Positions 11,601 through 22,325 of a stretch of 26,340 nucleotides of DNA are shown here, in pieces; the stretch's first letter is position 1; every line of letters starts with the position of its first letter. The stretch covers positions 1-26,340 of the forward strand of contig JAQGDQ010001763.1 of the NCBI GenBank assembly GCA_030141605.1, read 5' to 3'. Both the position numbers and the translations under genes were made by a program. Origin of the DNA: Tubiluchus corallicola (lineage: Eukaryota; Animalia; Priapulida). Under the pieces are notes generated by a model. That model saw nothing but the letters and a program-made list of their open reading frames with translations, did not search any database and was not told the DNA's origin.

Positions 11601-11724
11601 AAGTTTCCCAATATGGGAACCTTGCAGGCAAGCCTACCTCATTGATGGCCCGGGTAAACGATGGTGGCAACTCATCTCCTGAACTAAACTACAAAACAAG
11701 ATAGTCAATCAAGATAAATGATAC

Positions 11725-11750
11725 CTGTGCTTCTTAGAATGTTTAGCCAT
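11725..11750 (-). CDS. BANF1: BAF-like gene, coding exon 1
   Basis: aagATGGCTAAACATTCTAAGAAGCACAG|gtatca encodes MAKHSKKH(R). The phase 2 end joins exon 2 in frame and matches the BAF start MTTSQKHR. The spliced product is 90 aa (human BAF is 89 aa). Confidence 0.85.
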
Positions 11751-11869
11751 CTTTAAACCACCAAACTTTCTCATACAGCAGACAAAAAAGTTACAGGAGA
11801 ATTCCCAAAGCAGAGATCAACAGAGCAGCACAGGAAGGACGTGACAACCGGGACGAAGCTTCACTTAGC

Positions 11870-12060
11870 TCGTTACATGATGACGTGTACGAATTGTATC
11901 ATCAACAGACAATGATGTCACCAGATGACGTCACGCGCTGCATAGCAACCGCTGCCGCTTTCTCTATTGATCGAGAAAAGGTAAATAAAAGTTTGGAAAA
12001 GAATTTTTCGTTCAAGTCCTTATATACTGTGTAAACATTTTTAGCGTTTCCATGACGACG
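11870..12060. promoter_or_regulatory. Candidate bidirectional promoter (CRE plus RFX X-box-like sites) between the BAF-like gene (-) and the SPMIP1-like gene (+)
   Basis: TGACGTCA at 11926-11933, GCTGCATAGCAAC at 11937-11949 and GTTTCCATGACGAC at 12046-12059 (X-box consensus GTTNCC-N0-3-RGYAAC). + strand donor AAG|GTAAAT at 11981. The CRE is 175 nt upstream of the BAF-like ATG. Confidence 0.55.
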
Positions 12061-12373
12061 AGTGAGAAATAACCGTTTTTAGATGTTATTAATTGAGTTT
12101 TAATTAATTAATTAAGTTGCGATTTTTAAATTTAATTTTAGTTCTCCGATCTAGACAGCAGAAATGCTAATAAGTAGATTAAATTTAAGTAATTCTTAGC
12201 CAATATTAATGCCATTCTAATATTAGTGTTTTAATTTAGACCGAATTTATTTTTACTTTTCGTCAGATTTGAGTTAAAATACTCGATTTTGTGAGTTTAA
12301 CGCATCATTGTAACTGGTTGTGAACTTCTTAGCCATTCAATTTAATCATTATTTTTTGCTTCTCAACTGATAG

Positions 12374-12521
12374 CAGCTACGAACGTCGTGTGAATCTGAA
12401 CTGTGCCCTCTGGCGTTTGCTTTATGACGTCACTGCGCAAGGACGTGACGTCACTGCGCAAGGATGTGTAACTCCATACTTTCCACGGGTCACACTTGAC
12501 GCTGACGGATTACAGGTAACG
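12374..12521 (+). promoter_or_regulatory. Duplicated CRE element, reverse CTCF-like site, and possible 5' UTR exon
   Basis: 21-bp tandem duplication containing TGACGTCA at 12425 and 12446. GTGCCCTCTGGCG at 12403-12415 (CGCCAGAGGGCAC on minus). Polypyrimidine tract plus AG near 12373 and donor CAG|GTAACG at 12516. Confidence 0.4.
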
Positions 12522-13004
12522 CAAATTGGACATTTATAGCAAACCACACTCAGTCAATTTCGTTTTAATTTAGACGTAAATTTTTGTTGAAAATTTTAAA
12601 ATCGAGGTAAATTGTAGTAAAATCTCATTTTTCCTACAAATTTGACAAGCAAAGATCTGGGATAGTTCTGGGATGCAGGAAAAAACAAGGTTACTTTACC
12701 TAGCTGTAGCACCTCATCATTCATAAAAACTCCTACGGATCCAATCTATCGTTAGCCACTCGTTGCTGAAAACAGGATTCAGTTTACTAGAGAAAAGCTT
12801 TTAGATAAACTAGAAAAACAAACTAAAGTCCCAAAATTCGATAAGACGTTCTTAATATCATTAAAACTTTTCACATTTCACTGTTTAGTTATGCTGAATA
12901 GTCTTCTGCTAGGCTGCTCAAAGGGAAAGAAAATGAAAAAATGAAAAAACTTTCCATACAAAGTTACAATACTTACCATTATGCTAAAATTTTTTAAAGT
13001 CGTA

Positions 13005-13143
13005 TGTAATTGTAATTGTAATCGTAATCGTAATCGTAATCGTAATCGTAATCGTAATCGTAATCGTAATCGTAATCGTAATCGTAATCGTAATCGTAAT
13101 CGTAATCGTAATCGTAATCGTAATCGTAATCGTAATCGTAATT
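13005..13143. repeat. (CGTAAT)n hexanucleotide microsatellite
   Basis: About 20 perfect CGTAAT copies preceded by TGTAAT variants. Confidence 0.97.
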
Positions 13144-13232
13144 GGATATTTAGATGTAGACAGAGTTGTAATTGGAAAAGAAAATTTTCGATAATTTAAA
13201 ATATTCGTGCCAACTGATAAAACGTCATTGTG

Positions 13233-14027
13233 TCACCATCCCAGTGTGCACCACTGATTCACCATCCCAGTGTGCACCATTGATTCACCATCCCAGTGTA
13301 AACCATTGATTTACCATCCCAGTGTACACCACCGATTCACCATCCCAGTGTGCACCATTGATTTACCATCCCAGTGTGCACCATTGATTCACCATCACAG
13401 TGTGCACCATTGATTCACCATCCCAGTGTGCACCATTGATTCACCATCCCAGTGTGCACCATTGATTCACCATCCCAGTGTAAACCATTGATTTACCATC
13501 CCAGTGTACACCACCGATTCACCATCCCAGTGTGCACCATTGATTTACCATCCCAGTGTGCACCATTGATTCACCATCACAGTGTGCACCATTGATTCAC
13601 CATCCCAGTGTGCACCATTGATTCACCATTCCAGTGTGCACCATTGATTTACCATCCCAGTGTGCACCATTGATTCACCATCACAGTGTGCACCATTGAT
13701 TCACCATCCCAGTGTGCACCATTGATTCACCATCCCAGTGTGCACCACTGATTCACCATCCCAGTGTGCACCATTGATTTATCATCCCAGTGTGCACCAC
13801 TGATTCACCATCCCTGTGTCCACCATCGATTCACCATCCCAGTGTGCACCATTGATTTATCACCCCAATGTGCACCACTGATTCACCATCCCAGTGTGCA
13901 CCACTGATTCACCATCCCTGTGTCCACCATCGATTCACCATCCCAGTGTGCACTATTGATTTATCATCCCAGTGTGCACCATTGATTTATCATCCCAGTG
14001 TGCACCATTGATTTATCATCCCAGTGT
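13233..14027. repeat. 26-bp minisatellite, about 30 copies
   Basis: Unit CACCATCCCAGTGTGCACCATTGATT. Confidence 0.97.
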
Positions 14028-15320
14028 GTTTTCTTGTGCTTGGTGTTTGTCAAAAGAGTATTTTTGTGCTTTGAGACCTAACAAGAGTGTTTTCTTGTGC
14101 TGCAAGGTCTGTCAAGAGTGTTTTCTTTTGCTTCAAGGTCTGTCAAGAGTGTTTTTTGTGCTTCAAGGTCTGCCAAGAGTGTTTTCTTGTACTTTAAGGT
14201 CTGCCAAGAGTGTTTTCTTGTGCTTCAAGGTCTGTCAAGAGTGTTTTCTTGTGCTTTAAGGTCTAACAAGATAGTATTCTTGTGCTTTGAGATCTAACAA
14301 AAGTATTTTCTTGTGCTTTAAGGTCTGTCAAGAGTGTTTTCTTATGCTTTAAGGTCTGTCAAGAGTGTTTTCTTGTGCTTTAAGGTCTGTCAAGAGTGTT
14401 TCTTGTACTTTAAGGTCTGTCAAGAGTATTTTCTTGTACTTTGAGGTCTGTGAAGAGTGTTTTCTTGTACTTTAAGGTTTGTCAAGAGTGTTTTCTTGTG
14501 CTTTAAGGTCTAACAAGATAGTATTCTTGTGCTTTGAGATCTAACAAGAGTGTTTTCTTGTGCTTTAAGGTCTGTCAAGAGTGTTTTCTTGTGCTTCAAG
14601 GTCTGTCAAGAGTGTTTTTTGTGCTTCAAGGTCTGCCAAGAGTGTTTTCTTGTACTTTAAGGTCTGCCAAGAGTGTTTTCTTGTGCTTCAAGGCATGTCA
14701 AGAGTGTTTTCTTGTGCTTCAAGGTCTGTCAAGAGTGTTTTCTTGTACTTTAAGGCTGTCAAGAGTATTTTCTTGTACTTTATGGTCTGTCAAGAGTGTT
14801 TTCTTGTGCTGCAAGGTTTGCCAAGAGTGTTTTCTTTTACTTCAAGGTCTGTCAAGAGTGTTTTCTTGTGCTTCAAGGTCTGCCAAGAGTGTTTTCTTGT
14901 GCTTCAAGGTCTGTCAAGAGTGTTTTCTTGTACTTTAAGGTCTGTCAAGAGTGTTTTCTTGTGCTTTAAGGTCTAACAAGATAGTATTCTTGTGCTTTGA
15001 GATCTAACAAGAGTGTTTTCTTATGCTTTAAGGTCTGTCAAGAGTGTTTTCTTGTGCTGTAAGGTCTGTCAAGAGTGTTTTCTTGTACTTTAGGGTCTGT
15101 CAAGAGTATTTTCTTGTACTTTGAGGTCTGTCAAGAGTGTTTTCTTGTACTTTAAGGTCTGTCAAGAGTGTTTTCTTGTGGTTTAAGGTCTAACAAGATA
15201 GTATTCTTGTGCTTTAAGGTCTGTCAAGAGTGTTTTCTTATGCTTTAAGGTCTGTCAAGAGTGTTTTCTTGTGCTTCAAGGTCTGTCAAGAGTATTTTCT
15301 TTTGCTTTAAGGTTTGTCAT
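14024..15320. repeat. 31-bp minisatellite, about 42 copies
   Basis: Unit GTGTTTTCTTGTGCTTTAAGGTCTGTCAAGA. Variant units (TAACAAGATAGTATTC) recur at about 14263, 14511, 14974 and 15191, indicating higher-order duplication. Confidence 0.97.
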
Positions 15321-15401
15321 TTTTCACAACTGGCACCTGTAAGCTGACGCTGTCATCATCAACTCCAGTCATCTTTTAAAGACACACAGCAGAAATTCAA
15401 G

Positions 15402-15808
15402 ATGGCCCGGGAACTGAATATGGGCTTCATCCGCCAGAACTTCCTGAAGGAGCTCGTCGCCAACGAGAATCGAGCCCGGACCACGTGGTTCACGAAATAC
15501 AAGAATGACGTAGAGGAAGAGCAGAAAGCTGCTGCTGAAGCCAGACTACTGAGCATGCGCAAAGGAGAGACACCAAGTGAAGAGAAGCCATGCGAGGTCC
15601 CGGCGTGTAGGATTCATTACAGGAGGAAACCCAGTGAACTGGACGTCCTCTTAGAATTGGCTGCCAAGCTGGACGTTGATACCACCCCACCCTTCCAGCG
15701 TCCTGTCCCATCAGATGTGAGAAAGTTGTTGTACAAGGGCGTTACCAAGGAACAGCAGGGACGCCATGAGTATCTAAGAACCAGAATGAATATCGACCCA
15801 GAAGATAG
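15402..15808 (+). CDS. SPMIP1: SPMIP1/ATP6V1FNB-like sperm/ciliary microtubule inner protein, exon 1
   Basis: MARELNMGFIRQNFLKELVANENRARTTWFTKY...QRPVPSDVRKLLYKGVTKEQQGRHEYLRTRMNIDPED(R) matches recalled ATP6V1FNB motifs (KExxxKExxARxxWxxxY; RPVxxxTxxLLYxGISxDGQGRxxYLxxRxxxxPEEK). Donor AG|GT at 15809. Confidence 0.85.
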
Positions 15809-15879
15809 GTTCTGATTGTTTATTGTTTTTTTGAAATTGTGATTTTGTATTTATGTTTGTTTGTATGTATATTTGTTTG

Positions 15880-16404
15880 TTTGTTTGTTTGCTGCTTATT
15901 GATTTACTTACTTGTTTGTTTATGTAGTTGCTTGTTGTTGTTATTGTTGTTGTTTGACTGCTCTTTATCTAGTTGTTGTCTTGCTTGTTTGGTCTGTTTA
16001 TCAGTTTGTTTATTTGTTTATATAGTTGCTTGTTGTTGTTGTTGTTTGACTTCTCTTTATTTAGTTGTTGTCTTGCTTGTTTGATCTGTTCATCGGTTTG
16101 TTTATTTGTTTATATAGTTGCTTGTTGTTGTTGTTGTTTGACAGCTCTTTACCTTGTTGTTGTCTTGCTTGTTTGATCTACCCATCAGTTTGTTTATTTG
16201 TTTATATAGTTGCTTGTTTGTTGTTGTTGTCGTTGTTGTTGTTTGACAGCTCTTTATCTTGTTGTTGTCTTGCTTGTTTGATCTGTCTATCAGTTTGTTT
16301 ATTTGTTTATATAGTTGCTTGTTGTTGTTCGACTGCTCTTTATGTAGTTGTTGTCTTCCTTGTTTGATCTCTCTATCAGTTTGTTTGTTCGTAAATATAG
16401 TTGT

Positions 16405-16437
<33 letters not shown>

Positions 16438-16695
16438 GACTGCTCTTTTATTTAGTTGTTGTCTTGCTTGTTTGATCTGCCTATCAGTTTGTTCATTTGT
16501 TTATATAGTTGCTTGTTGTTGTTGTTTTTGTTGTTTGACTGCCCTTTATTTAGTTGTTGTCTTGCTTGTTTGATCTGCCCAACAGTTTGTTTATTTGTTT
16601 ATATAGTTGCTTGTTGTTGTTATTGTTGTTGTTGTTTGACTGCTCTTTATTTAGTTGTTGTCTTGCTTGTTTGATCTGTTTATTAATTTGTTTGT
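15880..16695. repeat. About 90-105-bp intronic tandem repeat with an embedded variable (GTT)n tract, about 8 copies
   Basis: Recurring ...TTTGACTGCTCTTTATTTAGTTGTTGTCTTGCTTGTTTGATCTG..TATCAGTTTGTTTATTTGTTTATATAGTTGCT(TGT)n. Confidence 0.92.
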
Positions 16696-17021
16696 CTGTC
16701 TCCTCTACATTTTGTCACTTTCCCTATCTGACGTGTGATCGTCTGCTTGTCTATCTGTTCGTCCGATGCCCAAGTTTTCATGAAGTAACTTCCTGTGTAT
16801 GCGTGAAGTGTGAGAATTAAACTGTTTGCGCATGCGAGGGCCACACTTCCTGCGCACGTCACAAATATTTGGTCTAAACTTTCTGCGCATGCGCCAAGTA
16901 GGAAACCTGAATTCAGTTGACTTTATTTGCAGCCTGCAGTGTGCCGAAAAAACCTAAACGAGTTCTTATCATATTGGTTAAATTATTAGACATTTTACAT
17001 TTAAAGTCTCTATTTTAGTTT

Positions 17022-17022
17022 C

Positions 17023-17053
<31 letters not shown>

Positions 17054-17106
17054 TGTCTGTTAATCTGTCTGTCTTGTCTGTCTGTCTGTTTGTCTGTTTG
17101 TCTGTT

Positions 17107-17153
<47 letters not shown>

Positions 17154-17162
17154 TTGTCTGTT

Positions 17163-17217
<55 letters not shown>

Positions 17218-17275
17218 TTGTCTGTTTGTCTGTTGTGTCTGTTTGTCTGTTTGTCTGTTTGTCTGTTTGTCTGTT

Positions 17276-17308
<33 letters not shown>

Positions 17309-17374
17309 TGTCTATCAGTCTGTCTGTCTTGTCTGTCTGTCTGTTTGTCTGTTTGTCTGTTTGTTTGTCTGTTT

Positions 17375-17408
<34 letters not shown>

Positions 17409-17412
17409 CCTG
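17022..17412. repeat. (GTCT/GTTT)n microsatellite
   Basis: Directly visible. Confidence 0.97.
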
Positions 17413-17514
17413 ATTGTTTAATAATAGGCCTTCTTTCTATGTCTACTCATATATTTGTGTTTTTTATTTCTAAACGTTCCTATTTTGTTGTGACATTTTG
17501 TTTTTTCCCTGAAG

Positions 17515-17647
17515 GTACGAATATCCGGTCACGAGTTCACTGGAGATCGGTTGGGACATCCGGCAAAATCAGGGAATCCCGGATCCCTACTATCCACTGT
17601 CACACTCTATGCGGTTTTTTTACAGGAAGAATGGGGTGACGCTGTAG
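17515..17647 (+). CDS. SPMIP1: SPMIP1/ATP6V1FNB-like gene, exon 2 (last); spliced protein 179 aa
   Basis: Acceptor ttttttccctgaag|, phase-compatible with exon 1, encoding (R)YEYPVTSSLEIGWDIRQNQGIPDPYYPLSHSMRFFYRKNGVTL-TAG. Matches the family motifs YPVxSSWEYGW and FYxKNGV. Confidence 0.85.
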
Positions 17648-18121
17648 GAAACCCTGGTGACCTCTTGTGGCAGCAATGATTTTAATTTGTACTTTTGATT
17701 AACTGTGAGCAAAAGTACTAAAACTATTAGTCAAATGTATTTCTGGGGGTGGGGGAGGGGGGTGAAAGGGAGGGAATGACAGGGAACCTTGTATCTACCG
17801 TTAGAAGAAATGATCTTACAATGTGCATAATAATTTTATAGTTATATTGCAATTAAATTCCTTTTTGGTGATTGTTGTTTTCATTTTTGTTGTCTTTTCT
17901 TTGCTTTGCTTTTCTGCTTTCTGGACAGCGGCTACAATGGATAGGAGGACAGGTTCAGCTGTTGAGCGCATGTTCTTGAATCATGGAAAAAGGAAATCAG
18001 GCAAAAAATTTTGAGGAAAGAATTCCACAGACAAGAGGCTCGAGAGAAAAACTAAGTATATAAGCAGATGTTCTGCTTCTTTGTGAATTTTCACCTATTT
18101 CGCACTTAGAAGCCACCCTAT

Positions 18122-18220
18122 TGAGTGAATGAGTCAGTGAGTGAGTGAGTGAAGCAGAGAGAGAGAGAAAGAGAGAGAAAGAAACAGAGAAAGAGAGCGG
18201 CAGAGAGAGAGAGGGAGAGA
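18122..18220. repeat. (GAGT)n/(GA)n low-complexity tract
   Basis: Directly visible. Confidence 0.85.
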
Positions 18221-18651
18221 TGCACTCTTGTTTGCTTTTTTCTCAAAATGACCATTAATCTCGCTACACGAACAATGTTCTCTTTCTGGTTACGTGGTTA
18301 CTCGGTTACTTGGCAAATTGGTTGGTCAGTCAGTTGATTTCTTGTTTGCCTTTTGATTATCCAATGAAGCCGATTAAATCACATGAGGAATTTTTACAAA
18401 AATCCCAAACAGATGGAACTAACAATCAGCTATCATCTAGACGTTTGGTCCTTGTAGAATCGTGTTTATGTTCAGTGTTTCCAAGAACCCAAATAACGTT
18501 TTTGGAGACGACACCATGATAATGGAGTCTGTGAAAGTCATTTTTGAAGTTGTTGTTCACTCACTTTGTTATGATTGAGTTTAGTCACAGAGAAGTGTGA
18601 ATAGGACAGAAAAGTGTTTATTAAACTACAGACACATGAGTAGCATAACTG

Positions 18652-19171
18652 CTGCACTGAACACTGAGAGTGAGAGTGTCCTGCACTGAACACTGAGAGT
18701 GAGAGTCTCCTGCACTGAACACTGAGAGTGAGAGTGTCCTGCACTGAACACTGAGAGTGAGAGTGTCCTGCACTGAACACTGAGAGTGAGAGTGTCCTGC
18801 ACTGATCACTGAGAGTGAGAGTGTCCTGCACTGAACACTGAGAGTGAGAGTGTCCTGCACTGAACACTGAGAGTGAGAGTGTCCTGCACTGAACACTGAG
18901 AGTGAGAGTCTCCTGCACTGAACACTGAGAGTGAGAGTGTCCTGCACTGAACACTGAGAGTGAGAGTGTCCTGCACAGACCACTGAGAGTGAGAGTGTCC
19001 TGCACTGACCACTGAGAGTGAGAGTGTCCTGCACAGACCACTGAGAGTGAGAGTGTCCTGCACTGACCACTGAGAGTGAGAGTGTCCTGCACTGACCACT
19101 GAGAGTGAGAGTGTCCTGCACAGACCACTGAGAATGAGAGTGTCCTGCACAGACCACTGAGAGTGAGAGTG
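18652..19171. repeat. 29-bp minisatellite, about 18 copies
   Basis: Unit CTGCACTGAACACTGAGAGTGAGAGTGTC. CTGAAC variants lie on the left and C(A/T)GACC variants on the right. Confidence 0.97.
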
Positions 19172-19343
19172 ACTAGAAAGCAAAAACAGTCAGTATACAG
19201 GTATAGAACTTGACCTATGGAGAGTTGCACAGGCTTCACAACAACCATTAATCTAAGACAGGGAGAGGACCAGTGTGTATGTATTCACTGGACCATACAA
19301 TTATACTGAAGGTAAGTCAGAGGGTAGAATGTAACAGGATTAG

Positions 19344-19360
19344 CCCATAGATGGCAGCAC
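19344..19360 (+). promoter_or_regulatory. CTCF-like motif
   Basis: CCCATAGATGGCAGCAC. Confidence 0.35.
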
Positions 19361-19491
19361 CTAATTATAATGTACAACAATTCCAACTTCCACCAACATT
19401 TCTTTTCTTCTGTCCCGACAGCCTTAAAAAGAATTATGTTTATAACGATGTAGAAATGAAACAATTATGTATCCATTGAATGTAATGATTG

Positions 19492-19568
19492 TTTAAATGG
19501 AGAGAGGAGGAAGAGGAGCTTAAATGGGAGAAGGAGGAAGAGGAGCTTAAGTGGGGAGAGAAGGAAGT
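19492..19568. repeat. 27-bp purine-rich tandem repeat, about 3 copies
   Basis: Unit TTAAATGG(A/G)GAGA(A)GGAGGAAGAGGAGC. Confidence 0.8.
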
Positions 19569-19804
19569 ACGTCGTGGAAGAACTTTCTGTACAATGACTT
19601 GTACTTGAAAAACTTATGTAACTAAAAATTTTTTTTGATAATTTAAAATGTTCGCATGACCTGATAAAACGACATGGCATCGCTATCCCAGTGTGCACCG
19701 CTGATTCACAAAAAACACATTATTCTTCACATTGACAATATAAAGTAATTTAAACTTTTGCTTAGTTAGTGAAAAATGTATTAGAAATGCTCTGAGTTTG
19801 TTAG

Positions 19805-20313
19805 AATGGCTGCACTTAATGGTCATCAGAGTTAGTTTAAATTTACAAGTTTTATACAGCATTACTGCCATCGCAAGCTCTATATGCAACAGGACAACAT
19901 GTACATGATATTAAATTTCAAGATGACATAATGTTGAAATGGCTGCACTTAATGGTCATCAGAGTTAGTTTAAATTTACAAGTTTTATACAGCATTACTG
20001 CCATCGCAAGCTCTATATGCAACAGGACAACATGTACATGATATAAAATTTCAAGATGACATACTGTTAAAATGGCTGCACTTAATGGACATCATAGTTA
20101 GTTTAAATTTACAAGTTTTACACAGCGTTACTGCCATCGCAAGCTCTATATGCAACAGGACAGCATGCACATAATATAAAATTTCAAGACGACGTACTGT
20201 TAAAATGGCTGCACTTAATGGTAATTATAGTTAGTTTAAATTTACAAGTTTTATACAGCTTTACTGCCATCGCAAGCTCTGTATGCAACAGGACAGCATG
20301 CACATAATATAAA
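19805..20313. repeat. About 133-bp tandem repeat, about 3.8 copies
   Basis: AATGGCTGCACTTAATGG...GTTAGTTTAAATTTACAAGTTTTATACAGC...CGCAAGCTCTATATGCAACAGGAC recurring at 19805, 19938, 20071 and about 20203. Confidence 0.95.
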
Positions 20314-20529
20314 CTCATAATAATAATAATAAAGTTTCAAGACGACCTTTTAAGCTTTTGATTTATTTATTTATTATTTATTTATTTATTTATTTTATTT
20401 ATAAAGAGTGTTTATTTGTCGTTTATTAAAGGTGAAATTTCAAACTAATACGCATGCGTCAATGGCTTCTTAAAAGAAGGTGAAGACTTTTGCTGCTACG
20501 ACGTAATCGTAACTACTGCACTAGCTTTG

Positions 20530-20721
20530 ATGACGTCAATTGTGACGTCATAGGCTCTGAGGTTACTGCGTTGTTTGCTCTGTAAACTCCAAGACTAACG
20601 TTCTCTAATTTACATCGTTGCAGCACTCGTTGCTTGGTCAGTTGGTGACCAATGGCTATCGCATTTTGCTGACGTTTGAACAAGCAAAATTTTCAAGATG
20701 GCGGACAAGCGAAGAGCCTGA
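20530..20721 (+). promoter_or_regulatory. Promoter/5' region of paralog 2: double CRE, YY1-like motif and short uORF
   Basis: TGACGTCA at 20531 and 20543 (near-palindrome ATGACGTCAATTGTGACGTCAT). CAAGATGGCGG at 20694-20704, overlapping uORF MADKRRA* (20698-20721). Confidence 0.5.
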
Positions 20722-20805
20722 CAGGAAACACGCGAGCCGAGCTTCCGGGAGCATCGGAAGTGCAGCAGTTAAAATCCGGAAATCGTTTCAGAATCTTTCC
20801 AGAAG

Positions 20806-20934
20806 ATGGCGCGTGAACAAGGGGTGAATCACACGAATTACTGGCGGGAAATCATCAACAAGGAGAACGCTGCGCGCGCAGCTTGGGCAAGAACGTACGG
20901 AAAATACTTTCCTAATGTAGAAGTTCCAACTGAG
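20806..20934 (+). CDS. 'MARE' paralog 2, exon 1 (SPMIP1-like N-terminal module)
   Basis: MAREQGVNHTNYWREIINKENAARAAWARTYGKYFPNVEVPTE, then donor GAG|GTATTT (phase 0). Clear similarity to the N-termini at 15402 and 25089. Confidence 0.82.
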
Positions 20935-20964
20935 GTATTTAATAGAATTTATGTTACCTGTTCA

Positions 20965-21245
20965 GCAGTAGAGGGCAGCACAAGATAGCTGTGTTTAAAT
21001 GATTCATGCCCTACGAGAATGGTTGTTTAGCATTAGACATGGTAGAGGGCAGCACAAGATAGCGGTGTTTAAATGATTCATGCCCTACGAGAATGGTTGT
21101 TTAGCATTAGACATGGTAGAGGGCAGCACTAGATAGCTGTGTTTAAATGATTCATGCCCTACGGGAATGGTTGTTTAGCATTAGACATGGTAGAGGGCAG
21201 CACAAGATAGCGGTGTTTAAATGATTCATGCCCCACGGGAATGGT
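20965..21245. repeat. 74-bp intronic tandem repeat, about 3.7 copies, each with a CTCF-like core
   Basis: GTAGAGGGCAGCAC at 20968, 21042, 21116 and 21190. Confidence 0.92.
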
Positions 21246-21337
21246 CACGGGTTTGGGCAGATGGTTTTTTCTAAGGCAGATTGACAGGTACCTAGACATA
21301 ACTACACAGGTACATTGATTGGAAGTTACTTTATTAT

Positions 21338-21845
21338 GTAGGTAGCTACGTAGGGAGGTAATTAGACAGGTTGTTAGATAGGTAGGTCGGTAAGTAGGTA
21401 GATAAGAAAAAGTAGGTAGCTGGGAGGTAGGTAGGTAGCCAGGTATGTAAGTAACTAGGTAGGTAGGCAGGTAGGTAGGTAGGTAGGTAGGTAGGTATGT
21501 AAGTAGGTAGGCAGGTAGGTAGGCAGGTAGGTAGGTAGGTAGGTAGGTAGGTAGGTAGGCACGTATCTAGGTTGATAGGTAGCTGGTTACGTAGGCAGGT
21601 AGGTAGATAGGTAGTTAAATAGGTAGGTAGGTAGGTAGGTAGGTAGGTAGGTAGATAGGGAGGTATGTAGGTAGGTAGATAGGTTCGTAGGTTCATAGGT
21701 AGGTAGGCAGATAGGTAGGTAGGTAGGTAGGTAGGTAGGTAGGTAGGTAGGTAGGTAGGTAGGTAGGTAAGTAGGTAGGTAAGTAGGTTGGTGGGTAGGT
21801 AGGTAAGTAGGTACTTAAATAAGTTGGTAGAGAGGCAAGCAGGCA
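21338..21845. repeat. (AGGT)n microsatellite, partly degenerate
   Basis: Directly visible. Confidence 0.95.
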
Positions 21846-21910
21846 TGCAGACAGTAAAAAGTTAGTCAGACAGACATGCAAAACAGACATACAGATAGAC
21901 AGAAGATACA

Positions 21911-22241
21911 GATGGACAGGTGAAGGAAATGATGGATTGATGAAGGAAATGATGGATTGATGAAGGAAATGATGGATTGATGAAGGAAATGATGGATTGA
22001 TGAAGGAAATGATGGACAGATGAAGGAAATGATGGATTGATGAAGGAAATGATGGATTGATGAAGGAAATGATGGATTGATGAAGGAAATGATGGATTGA
22101 TGAAGGAAATGATGGATTGATGAAGGAAATGATGGATTGATGAAGGAAATGATGGATTGATGAAGGAAATGATGGACAGATGGAGGAAATGATGGACAGA
22201 TGAAGGAAATGATGGATTGATGAAGGAAATAATAGATTGAT
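21911..22241. repeat. 20-bp minisatellite, about 16 copies
   Basis: Unit TGAAGGAAATGATGGATTGA, with GGACAGA variants. Confidence 0.97.
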
Positions 22242-22325
22242 GTAAAAACGGATCAAGGACAAACAGGACAAATAAAACGTCCAGGTGAATAAATCAAGTT
22301 ATTTAAAAGGCTTCTCTTATTATAG

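Noticed and set aside
11638-11688. Minus-strand exon-like segment (FSSGDELPPSFTRAINE) as a SAPCD or BAF exon
   Set aside because: Similarity to SAPCD2 is too weak, and as a BAF exon it would need a 36-nt intron.
12700-12766. Minus-strand exon-like segment with good splice signals
   Set aside because: Stops occur in all three frames; at most a UTR exon, which cannot be supported from sequence alone.
13233-15320. 26-31-bp direct repeats (also the 29-bp array at 18652-19171) as CRISPR arrays
   Set aside because: The units abut with no unique spacers, there are no cas genes, and the context is eukaryotic.
19805-20313. Hammerhead ribozyme in the 133-bp repeat (minus-strand CTGATGA ... GAAA)
   Set aside because: No stem II closes between CUGAUGA and GAAA, the GAUGAC is complementary to a downstream GUCAUC, and the motif is lost in copies 3-4.
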